From Candidatus Iainarchaeum sp. (GTDB lineage Archaea; Iainarchaeota; Iainarchaeia; Iainarchaeales; JAZDEL01), in the NCBI GenBank assembly GCA_043808785.1, contig JAZDEL010000001.1, positions 30,001-62,000 of the forward strand: a DNA stretch of 32,000 nucleotides, read 5' to 3'. Below are positions 15,969-23,886 of the stretch, one piece after another. How positions within the stretch are numbered: the first letter of the stretch is position 1; the number at the start of each line of letters is the position of its first letter. The position numbers and the translations under genes are program-made. A model generated the notes under the pieces. It was not told where the DNA came from. It searched no databases and saw only the letters and a list, made by a program, of their open reading frames with translations.

Positions 15969-18533
15969 ATGGATACTGCGAATCAATTTACCCGCGTCGG
16001 CACAGAAACGTCAAAAATAGAAGTCAGAATTAGCTATAGGATAATTGACTTATTTTCCAATGGGTTGTATAAAAGCCCAAATAAGGCAATAGAAGAACTT
16101 GTGTCGAACTCTTTTGATGCAGGTGCAACAACTACTCATGTCATTTTAAGTCCCGAAGATTTGAAGTCAGGAGACAATGCAATTGCAGTAATTGACAATG
16201 GCATTGGCATGGATAAGCAAGGGTTAGAAGAACATTGGCAGATAGGGGTAAGCCGAAAAAGGGATGATAACTACCCCGCGCCAAAGGGTCGAAAACAAAT
16301 TGGGAGATTTGGAATTGGAAAATTGGCGACATATGTTTTAGCGAATGAACTTACTCACGTAACAAAAGTTGGGAAAAAATATTTTGCAACTACAATGAAC
16401 TATGGGGCGATTCCTGAGGGGGATAATGGGGGGATACATACAGATGAAAAAGTGGAGCTCCCACTAAGAGAACTAACTGAATCTGAAGCAAAGATGGCTC
16501 TTGAGCGATTTATTGGCGGAACTAAATTTAAAAAAACTGGGGCAAAACTTTTTGGGCCAGATGCCGAAGAAACTTGGACTGTTGCCATATTGTCTAATCT
16601 AAAAAAAATGGCAGAAGATCTAAAGATTGGTAGGCTTCGTTGGGTCTTAGAAACTGCGATGCCACTTAGGGACGACTTTAAACTATATCTTAATGGGCTC
16701 ATCGTAGAGCCATCAAAAATTAAAGAAAAAAGAATCGGCAAGTGGATAATCGGAAAAGACATAGTTGAGGTTCCTTCCCCCGCTACTGATAACCTAAAAC
16801 TTTCTGAAGATAGGAGCGTTAAAAAGGATTCAGAACTGAGGTATGGTTTGGAAAGTGAGTCTTTTGGAAGAGTTACGGGGTATGTTGAACTTTATGACGA
16901 TCTATTAACAAAAGGAAAAAATGTAGAGATATTTAGAAGTCATGGTTTTTTCGTATATGTGAGAGATAGGCTAATCAACATTGACGATGAATATTTTGGT
17001 ATAAGTAGCAACTCTTTAAGGCATGGTACATTTAACCGGTTTAGAGCCATACTTCATATTGATGAATTGGACGACGTATTGCGGTCATCAAGAGAATCAG
17101 TAAGTGAAGGTCCGCTGTATGAAGCTGTTAGGAATTTGTTAGCCGGATTGTTTAATTTTGTCCAAAAAAAACAGAAAGAAATAGAAGAAAAGTTAGAGAC
17201 AAGCACTCAAGCATCTGCCAGGCTAGCATCGGCACCAGATAGCTTAACTAAAAAGCCAATCCTCTACTTGTTAGATTTAGCTCTTTCTGGCAAATATTTG
17301 CCTAGGTATTTCATCATACCAAAAAAATTATCAGAAAGTGAAAAAAAATCATTTTTAGAGGAGTTTAAGAATTTAGGGTCAGATAAGTTTATAGAAAAAA
17401 TCGAAAAAATTGAAGAGCTAACTGAATCAGACAAACTAGCCCAGTTAGACATGGGAACTAAAACTTTAAGGATTAACATATTGCACCCTTTTGTTTCACA
17501 TTTTATTGATGAATATAATCGTTCAGCAAAAAATCAAGCGTTAGAATTATTTGCAATTGCTGAAGTTCTATTGGAATGTCAATTATTAGAATTCGGGCAT
17601 CAGCCAACAGTAGTAAGCGACATTCTAGGGGAGAGAGACGAGCTGTTAAGAAACTTAGGGCGATCTACGCCAAGAAGAAATGCATTACTCGTTTCGCAAG
17701 CACTCTTGGATTCGGTAACTAATGAACACCAATTTGAAGAGGAATTAGCGGCAGCATTTGACAGTTTAGGTTTTTATGACGCAATAAGGGTAGGCGGAAA
17801 AGGCAATCCTGACGGAATAGCAAAAGCATATTTATCGGCAGATGAAAAGGGTGGCGAGAAGGCGTATTTTGTAACTCTTGAAGCAAAAAGCAAAAAACAT
17901 AAAGGCAAGATAAGTAAAGATAGAGTCGACATAGCCACTATTGCGCTTCATCGCAAGAAGTATAAGGCAAATTTTGCAGTTGTTGTGGGGCCGGAGTTTC
18001 CAACGACAAGAGGGGAGAAATCAACACTAAGCCAACTGATAAAAGAAGACAGAGAAAAAAATCCCGGAAAAGGGATTACTCTAATTAAGCATGCAGATTT
18101 AGCAAAACTAGTTAGGTTATCTCCTGGAAAAATTACTCTAGATAAACTAAGGGAGCTTTTCGAGAAATGCAGCCTTCCAGAAGAGTCTAAAGCATGGATT
18201 GATAAGGCGTGCGAAGAGGACATAAAAAAAGCTCCTTATAAGGAGATTTTGAAGGCTATCGAAGTGGAGCAGAGAGACGCCCCTTATCAGCCAGTAGAAT
18301 ATGGAAGTATTTGCACAGCATTGAGAAAGGACTTTAAAATTGACCTTAAAAAAAATGAAGTAATTGATCTTTGCAAGGCGTTATCGAGAATGGCGCCAAC
18401 TTGTATTTTCGCGCGGGAAAATAGTGTAGAATTGAATGTAAGGTCTGACAAAATACTCAGTGCCATTAGTTCAGTAGTGGCTCAATATCCAGATGAAGAA
18501 CAAGACAAAATGAAAAAACTAGGCAACGTTTGA
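15969..18533 (+). CDS. GHKL (Bergerat-fold) ATPase fused to a C-terminal Mrr-like PD-(D/E)xK nuclease
   Basis: N box EELVSNSFDAG, G1 VIDNGIGM, G2 GRFGIGKLA. C-terminal FEEELAAAFDSLGF..GNPDGIAKAY..VTLEAKSKK (PD at 17808-17813, ExK at 17880-17888). Confidence 0.85.
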   Translation: MDTANQFTRVGTETSKIEVRISYRIIDLFSNGLYKSPNKAIEELVSNSFDAGATTTHVILSPEDLKSGDNAIAVIDNGIGMDKQGLEEHWQIGVSRKRDDNYPAPKGRKQIGRFGIGKLATYVLANELTHVTKVGKKYFATTMNYGAIPEGDNGGIHTDEKVELPLRELTESEAKMALERFIGGTKFKKTGAKLFGPDAEETWTVAILSNLKKMAEDLKIGRLRWVLETAMPLRDDFKLYLNGLIVEPSKIKEKRIGKWIIGKDIVEVPSPATDNLKLSEDRSVKKDSELRYGLESESFGRVTGYVELYDDLLTKGKNVEIFRSHGFFVYVRDRLINIDDEYFGISSNSLRHGTFNRFRAILHIDELDDVLRSSRESVSEGPLYEAVRNLLAGLFNFVQKKQKEIEEKLETSTQASARLASAPDSLTKKPILYLLDLALSGKYLPRYFIIPKKLSESEKKSFLEEFKNLGSDKFIEKIEKIEELTESDKLAQLDMGTKTLRINILHPFVSHFIDEYNRSAKNQALELFAIAEVLLECQLLEFGHQPTVVSDILGERDELLRNLGRSTPRRNALLVSQALLDSVTNEHQFEEELAAAFDSLGFYDAIRVGGKGNPDGIAKAYLSADEKGGEKAYFVTLEAKSKKHKGKISKDRVDIATIALHRKKYKANFAVVVGPEFPTTRGEKSTLSQLIKEDREKNPGKGITLIKHADLAKLVRLSPGKITLDKLRELFEKCSLPEESKAWIDKACEEDIKKAPYKEILKAIEVEQRDAPYQPVEYGSICTALRKDFKIDLKKNEVIDLCKALSRMAPTCIFARENSVELNVRSDKILSAISSVVAQYPDEEQDKMKKLGNV

Positions 18534-18551
18534 ATACGTGGGCGCTAAAAT

Positions 18552-19100
18552 ATGGACTCATTAAAACTTAGAAGTATTCTCGAAAATGGTGGCACTAAGG
18601 ATAACCGTCTTATTGCGGGGATTGAAAAATTTATAAATGATGAAAAGTTTCTTTTGGCCAATGACCTCAATGAGAGAACAATGTCTGCCAAACTGGCGCA
18701 ATACCTGCAAAAAGAATACTGCTCGGATTATTTTGTGGATTGCGAATACAACCGCATGTTGGACAAAAATGTAAACTATGCGGATAGTGCAAAACGACTG
18801 CCAGGTAATTATGATAAGACTGCGCCCACAACCGACTTAAAGGGGAAAACTGTCTACCCCGACATTATCATCCATAAGGAACGAAAAAGGAATAATGGCA
18901 ATTATATTGTTATTGAGGTAAAAAAGGAAGTGAATAACGAAGATAAAACACTTGATTTTTCAAAATTAAAAAAATTCACTAAGATATACTCGAGCCCTTA
19001 CTCATTAAATTACGAATGGGGCATTTATTTGGAATTTAATAAAGAAGAGTTGTCTGATGTCAGATTGTTCAAGAATGGAAAGCAAATAAATCCGGTCTGA
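18552..19100 (+). CDS. Small stand-alone PD-(D/E)xK nuclease-fold protein
   Basis: VDCEYNR .. YPDIIIH (18858-18863) .. VIEVKK (18915-18923). Lies 18 nt downstream of the GHKL gene. Confidence 0.65.
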   Translation: MDSLKLRSILENGGTKDNRLIAGIEKFINDEKFLLANDLNERTMSAKLAQYLQKEYCSDYFVDCEYNRMLDKNVNYADSAKRLPGNYDKTAPTTDLKGKTVYPDIIIHKERKRNNGNYIVIEVKKEVNNEDKTLDFSKLKKFTKIYSSPYSLNYEWGIYLEFNKEELSDVRLFKNGKQINPV

Positions 19101-19110
19101 AAAATTAGCG

Positions 19111-19254
19111 CTATTTCCTCAGCACCAATTCAATCTGCTTATTTTTCGGCTCCAGCTCCAGTTCATCGCCATCCTTCAGCCCAAGTAGGGTCAGCGTGTC
19201 CTTCGGGAGCAGTATGCCGAGCGAGTTCCCTATTTTCCTTATCTTGACCTTCAT
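19111..19254 (-). CDS. AbrB/MazE/SpoVT-type swapped-hairpin DNA-binding protein (47 aa)
   Basis: MKVKIRKIGNSLGILLPKDTLTLLGLKDGDELELEPKNKQIELVLRK matches the canonical SpoVT-AbrB pattern. Not in the ORF track because it is under 60 aa. Confidence 0.75.
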   Translation of the reverse strand: MKVKIRKIGNSLGILLPKDTLTLLGLKDGDELELEPKNKQIELVLRK

Positions 19255-19322
19255 GTTATAACTGTTGTAATAACTACCTTTAAAAGGTTTTCGTGTTATT
19301 ACATAAGTAATAACTTAAAAGG
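19255..19322. promoter_or_regulatory. Operator-like GTAATAAC repeats with palindromic TATA box
   Basis: GTTATAAC (19255-19262), GTAATAACTACCTTTAAAAGG (19267-19287), inverted GTTATTAC (19295-19302), GTAATAACTTAAAAGG (19307-19322). CCTTTAAAAGG lies about 25-30 nt from the abrB-like ATG. Confidence 0.55.
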
Positions 19323-19324
19323 TC

Positions 19325-19498
19325 ATGGTTAAAATGGACCCCTCCGTCTCCCGTTTCATCTTCGGCACAATCTGCTGGCTCCCCCTCGGCTTCTGCGTGG
19401 CGCTGGCGAGATGGGGGCGTATGGAGGAGGCTTATGCACTTGCGAAGTACAGCGCGGTGTTTTTGGCGGGGGCCAGCATAGCGGGATGGCTTGGTTAA
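19325..19498 (+). CDS. Candidate 57-aa membrane protein
   Basis: MVKMDPSVSRFIFGTICWLPLGFCVALARWGRMEEAYALAKYSAVFLAGASIAGWLG. Its last 12 codons recur at 22013-22048 with only synonymous or conservative changes, which argues for translation. Confidence 0.5.
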   Translation: MVKMDPSVSRFIFGTICWLPLGFCVALARWGRMEEAYALAKYSAVFLAGASIAGWLG

Positions 19499-19505
19499 AA
19501 AGCTT

Positions 19506-19538
19506 GCACCGGAAATGCACCCTCGGGAGATTTTTAAA
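19506..19538 (+). promoter_or_regulatory. Conserved 20-mer + TATA module, copy 3
   Basis: GCACCGGAAATGCACCCTCG (17/20 identical to copies 1 and 2), then 5 nt, then TTTTTAAA. Upstream of dcm. Confidence 0.5.
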
Positions 19539-19608
19539 TGGAACCAAATATTTTATTTTTATCGGACAGCCTCTGCCTCGATGTAAAAAATCCTTTGGGG
19601 GTGTCTGA

Positions 19609-20826
19609 ATGAATGATTTAAATAGTTTCGGAACAGTTACTGTTATGATGGCGAAGGGACACAAAAAAATGGGCCTGAACTTCATCGACCTTTTCGCGGG
19701 AGCCGGCGGGCTGTCGTGTGGCCTGGAAAGGGCGGGGTTAAATTGCATACTGGGCGTTGACTTCGACAGGGCGGCGATGGAGACCTTCAAAAGGAACCAC
19801 CCGAACGCCGAGGTCTTCGTGGGCGACATAGCGAAGCTCGACGATGAAACCGCGCTTAGGCTGACAAAAAACAGGGAGGTCGACCTCGTGTGTGGCGGCC
19901 CGCCGTGCCAGGGCCTTTCAACGGTGGGCAAGGGGATTCCAAACGACCCCCGAAACCTGCTTTTTCTGCAGTTTGTGAGGCTGGTGAAACTTTTTTCCCC
20001 GAAATACATAATGCTGGAAAATGTGACCGGGTTGCTGGGCAAAAAGAACCGGAACATCCTTAATGGCATAATGTCCGAGTTCGAAAAACTGGGCTATCAT
20101 CTCGATGTCCAGGTGCTGTCGGCGCACCATTACGGCGCCCCGCAGAAAAGAAGGAGGACGATTTTCATAGGGAACAGGATGGGCTACGCGAATATCTTCC
20201 CCGAAATAATGTTCGATGCGCACGACGCATGCTTGCCCCCCGCCAAGACGGTCGGCGACGCGTTCAAATCCCTGGGCATGGGGGACGGCGGGACGCATAA
20301 CCACGATGTCGGCGGCGCATCAATTCCCGAGGGCACAGAAAGGGAGATTATCAGGCGCATCCCAGAGGGGCGGTATATCCGCTATGAAAGCGACGAACTC
20401 GAGCTTCTGCCGAAGGAACTGCATCTTGGCGTTGACTGGCGCACAATTCAGGAGGGCAGGCTGCGGCAGGCGAAATACAGGAGGCTCCACAGGGATGAGC
20501 CCTCCCCGACAATAATGACCGACGGGCACACATACTACCACCCGATTGAGGACAGATTCATCACCGTGAGGGAGGGCGCGGCTATACAGGGCTTTCCCAA
20601 TGATTTCGTGTTCGAGGGCACGGTCTCGCAGCAGTGGAGGCAGGTCGGCAACGCCGTTCCGCCGCCGCTTGCGGAGGCGATCGGGAAGGCGATACTGAAA
20701 ATGGAACTCGAGAAAAATGGAACAATACCGCGGACCAAGGATTTGGAGGGGATACGGAGCCACGCGTTCAATTACAAAACAAAATCAAACACAAACAGGG
20801 GACAACAGAAATTATTGGTTAGATAA
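19609..20826 (+). CDS. dcm: DNA (cytosine-5)-methyltransferase
   Basis: Motif I FIDLFAGAGG, IV GGPPCQGLS, VI ENV, VIII QKRRRTIFIG, X GNAVPPPLA. Confidence 0.92.
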   Translation: MNDLNSFGTVTVMMAKGHKKMGLNFIDLFAGAGGLSCGLERAGLNCILGVDFDRAAMETFKRNHPNAEVFVGDIAKLDDETALRLTKNREVDLVCGGPPCQGLSTVGKGIPNDPRNLLFLQFVRLVKLFSPKYIMLENVTGLLGKKNRNILNGIMSEFEKLGYHLDVQVLSAHHYGAPQKRRRTIFIGNRMGYANIFPEIMFDAHDACLPPAKTVGDAFKSLGMGDGGTHNHDVGGASIPEGTEREIIRRIPEGRYIRYESDELELLPKELHLGVDWRTIQEGRLRQAKYRRLHRDEPSPTIMTDGHTYYHPIEDRFITVREGAAIQGFPNDFVFEGTVSQQWRQVGNAVPPPLAEAIGKAILKMELEKNGTIPRTKDLEGIRSHAFNYKTKSNTNRGQQKLLVR

Positions 20827-20840
20827 AATGCATAATATCG

Positions 20841-21554
20841 CTAGGGCTCTATATCGGGAAATCTCGTGTCCGATACGTCCTCAATATTAAGGGGGGATTC
20901 CTTTGGCTTGCCAAGTACCTTTAAAACGGCATAGAAGGTATAATTGTGGATTGGAAAACTGTTAATTACCTTGGCTCTTAGTCGCAGGGTAAACCTTGTA
21001 TCAAAGGGGGGCGCGCCCAGATTGGCCGGATCACACCTTAAACTATAGAACCCATAACCATCGCCAACTTGCATATAATAACAGTTTTTAAGCTCGTAAA
21101 ATTTGAAAAGAGCATCGGAGGTGGTTGTAAGGCTCGTGTCTTCAAAGTTAATCTGGTCCTGATGCCTGTCTTCAGCCGTCAATTCCCCCTTATTTTTGAC
21201 AAATTTATTTGGCTTGAATTTTTTGCCGTTCGCCACTTTCAGCGCCCCAAGAGCGGTATATTTCCTAGTCAACGGATCATCTTTTGACCAAGTCCAGCCG
21301 CCCCCTTCGGACCACTTAAAAGTCCTTTGACCATAATCCGCCTTAAGGTCCGCCTTTATCTCAAGGTTGTATTTGTTGCCTCCATGAATAAAAATGGCGT
21401 CAACACCACCGCCGGCTCCTGCCCGTTGAAAGCCGGGAGCCAAAACGCCCCTCTCACGCATAATCTCGACCACCTTATCCTCATAGGCATCGCCCTTGTT
21501 GTATGGCGCCTTTTTCTTCATGGGCTTTTTGTTAAGATCCAACTGCATTGGCAT
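20841..21554 (-). CDS. Putative type II restriction endonuclease (PD-(D/E)xK-like)
   Basis: Convergent with dcm (14-nt gap). GGVDAIFIHGGNKYNLEIKA fits D-x12-ExK. Start placed at Met 21554, where TGATG overlaps the vsr stop. The ORF-track start at 21611 would overlap vsr by 58 nt. Confidence 0.6.
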   Translation of the reverse strand: MPMQLDLNKKPMKKKAPYNKGDAYEDKVVEIMRERGVLAPGFQRAGAGGGVDAIFIHGGNKYNLEIKADLKADYGQRTFKWSEGGGWTWSKDDPLTRKYTALGALKVANGKKFKPNKFVKNKGELTAEDRHQDQINFEDTSLTTTSDALFKFYELKNCYYMQVGDGYGFYSLRCDPANLGAPPFDTRFTLRLRAKVINSFPIHNYTFYAVLKVLGKPKESPLNIEDVSDTRFPDIEP

Positions 21555-21946
21555 CAACCCATAATTTTTCCCATTGAACGATTGAAATCTTTCCTCAAAT
21601 TGTGTTCCCAAATGACAATTACCCTGAACCCAAGTTTTCTTAAAGTGCTCCTGACGGCTTTATCCCGCCTTAAATTTGCCATTATCTTCCTTTTCCAAAA
21701 GGCCCTGTTCGATTTGGGCGCCCTGTAGCATTTTGGGCAGGCGTGCCAGAAGCAGCCGTGAAGAAGGATGGCGGCATTCGTGCCGTGAATCAGGATGTCG
21801 GCGCCGGGCGCAGCTTTCGGGTGCATGGTGTGGCGCACCCTGTGCCCCTTGAGGAAATTGTGGGCTCTTCGCTCGGGCGATGTCCATTTGTAACGGATTT
21901 TGGACATTATTTTGCTTCGTTTCGCCTTTGAGAACTTGTCAACCAC
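21554..21946 (-). CDS. vsr: Very-short-patch repair endonuclease
   Basis: SKIMSKIR..TSPE, DILI..AILLHGCFWHACP, SNRAFWKRKIMANLRRD and VIVIWEH are all Vsr signatures. Confidence 0.9.
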   Translation of the reverse strand: MVDKFSKAKRSKIMSKIRYKWTSPERRAHNFLKGHRVRHTMHPKAAPGADILIHGTNAAILLHGCFWHACPKCYRAPKSNRAFWKRKIMANLRRDKAVRSTLRKLGFRVIVIWEHNLRKDFNRSMGKIMG

Positions 21947-21985
21947 GATAGTATTTCAGGGGAAAACAATAAAAGCAGTGTTTTT

Positions 21986-22048
21986 CGATATGCAAATTGC
22001 GGCGTTTTGTTCCTGGCGGGGGCGAGCTTGGCGGGGTGGCTTGGATAG
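21986..22048 (+). pseudogene. 3' fragment of a paralog of the 19325-19498 small ORF
   Basis: RYANCGVLFLAGASLAGWLG* aligns with KYSAVFLAGASIAGWLG*. No start codon follows the in-frame TGA at 21929-21931. Confidence 0.5.
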
Positions 22049-22212
22049 TAGTGATGTTACGCCAGTAGGTAATATGCGCGAAACGAAATCGTAAAAATAG
22101 GGTTTGCCTTCCTCTCAGGCTGGGAAAGTGGGTCGCGCTGATCCGGCGCATAGCCGCTCGTGAACTTGGGTGAAGTCATAACGAAGCAATATTGCTAACT
22201 TGTTTTAAAGTG

Positions 22213-23886
22213 TCATTTTTCCCCTTTTACTATTGTTTTTACTCTGCTTTTTATGTTTTCACGAGTCGTTTCTAATTTCTTTTTTGCTTGGTCAGTTAAA
22301 CGCGCCGTGTGCATAACTGCGTCCCTAATTGGTTTATATTCGTTTGCATCTCTTGAAAGACAAGCTTCTTTTATTGGGTCGCGCTTGTCTACTAAATTGG
22401 CTAAGCCATCCATGGATAAATAGCTTGTGTCATCAGGGCTTTTCCTGAGAGGAATGCTAATGTTCCCTTTATTTTTATTATTCTTTTCTTTATCTTTGTA
22501 TTTGTTTATTTCCTTAACTGCCTCACCACTTAAGTTGATTTTATTTTTTTCAATATGTTTTCTAATAAGATTTTCAGCAATGAAGCATTCTGCATATGAT
22601 GTAAAATTAAATTGCGCATCATTGGCTAACTCGTCTACCCATTTATCAACTGTTGATTTTTCTTTCTTGTCGTCATCATTTTTATCTTCATAATCTTTTG
22701 AGACTGCGTTAAACAACCCTCTGGATTTACGCTCTTTTTCGGTACGCCTTTGGTTTTCTAGGTCTCCATCCTGCCTATGTTTTACTCTCCAATCATCCCA
22801 ATCATCAAGAATTTTCGCTATGGTCTTCTCCATGTCTTTTAGGAAAGTGGAGTATTTTTCATCGTTAGCCACTATTCCTTCTCTGGCTGTTGCAAATCTA
22901 TCTATTTTATCTTCATCAAGCTCGTTAAAATGAATCTGACCATATAAATAGCTTTCGACAACTCTGGCAGTGGGGATATGTTTCAGTATATCTCTTTCTC
23001 TGAGTCGCCCATTGACAAAAAGGTCGACCCCAACCTTTTCGCCTTCAGAACCAAAAATTTTCAAGTCTTTAGGAAGCATAACCGAAGCTATAAAACCGCT
23101 CACCTTTTCATCCATGCTGATTATTTTGGATTCTTTTAAGTTCTTGAGTTTTTCATCAATATACTCGTCTTTGAATGTGTTAATATTCCATAAAAATTGG
23201 GTTTTTTCTGCTAAAACTTTTAGGTCATCAAGAGATATTTCTTCGTCGTTTAAAAATATCTTAAATGAGTCGTCAATTAAGGAAAACCTAAAATATAATG
23301 CAATAACTTTCCTAAGATGTTCCGATGTGTTTTTTATGCCATCATTTATTTTGTCAAAATAAATAATCGTCCCTTTTTTGTGGTCAACAGTATATCTCTT
23401 AACCAGATCTAAATCGAATTTTTCCAGCGGATATTCTTGTGGCTTTAAGTTATCCGTAATTGCATCAGTTAACCCAGAATTGTCAATAGTCCCCCCTACA
23501 TACTCGCCATTTTCAGTCTTCGTAACGACCATGACTTTTTCGGCACAAGATAATAGAGCCAACTTGCCTATGCCTTTTCGTCCAATATATGGCCTCTTGC
23601 AAATAGGTGAACTATTTCGGGTAATTTTCCCGACTTGTCTTTTGGTATACCCGATCAATAAAAATTTATCTTGAAAATCATTTGACGTCATCCCCTCTCC
23701 ATCATCCTTTATCACCAAGCCATCAGTATTTTTATCTATGTAAATCCACACATTCTTGGCGCAGGCATCCCATGAGTTGGAGATAGCTTCTCCGAGAACA
23801 GTTACAAAATTTCTATATAGATTTCTCCCAAGATGATTCAAGACACTTAATGAAATATTGAATGTGAATTTTTCATTATCCTCCAT
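22213..23886 (-). CDS. GHKL (Bergerat-fold) ATPase with C-terminal HEPN-like Rx4H motif
   Basis: N box GEAISNSWDA, G1 VIKDDGEGM, G2 GRKGIGKLA. The middle region is homologous to the 15969-18533 protein. C-terminal KPIRDAVMHTARLT (R521..H526, nt 22309-22326). Confidence 0.8.
   Translation of the reverse strand: MEDNEKFTFNISLSVLNHLGRNLYRNFVTVLGEAISNSWDACAKNVWIYIDKNTDGLVIKDDGEGMTSNDFQDKFLLIGYTKRQVGKITRNSSPICKRPYIGRKGIGKLALLSCAEKVMVVTKTENGEYVGGTIDNSGLTDAITDNLKPQEYPLEKFDLDLVKRYTVDHKKGTIIYFDKINDGIKNTSEHLRKVIALYFRFSLIDDSFKIFLNDEEISLDDLKVLAEKTQFLWNINTFKDEYIDEKLKNLKESKIISMDEKVSGFIASVMLPKDLKIFGSEGEKVGVDLFVNGRLRERDILKHIPTARVVESYLYGQIHFNELDEDKIDRFATAREGIVANDEKYSTFLKDMEKTIAKILDDWDDWRVKHRQDGDLENQRRTEKERKSRGLFNAVSKDYEDKNDDDKKEKSTVDKWVDELANDAQFNFTSYAECFIAENLIRKHIEKNKINLSGEAVKEINKYKDKEKNNKNKGNISIPLRKSPDDTSYLSMDGLANLVDKRDPIKEACLSRDANEYKPIRDAVMHTARLTDQAKKKLETTRENIKSRVKTIVKGEK

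Noticed and set aside
14605-19100. Classification as a type I, type III, McrBC or Mza-type system
   Set aside because: No HsdS/HsdR, Res helicase, McrB GTPase or Z1226-like gene is present. Only the GHKL ATPase resembles a component of such systems.
19356-20069. 237-aa ORF on the minus strand
   Set aside because: It runs antisense across the small ORF, the promoter module and the dcm 5' region. Its composition is Ser/Pro/Arg-rich and low in complexity. The dcm motifs on the + strand explain the region.
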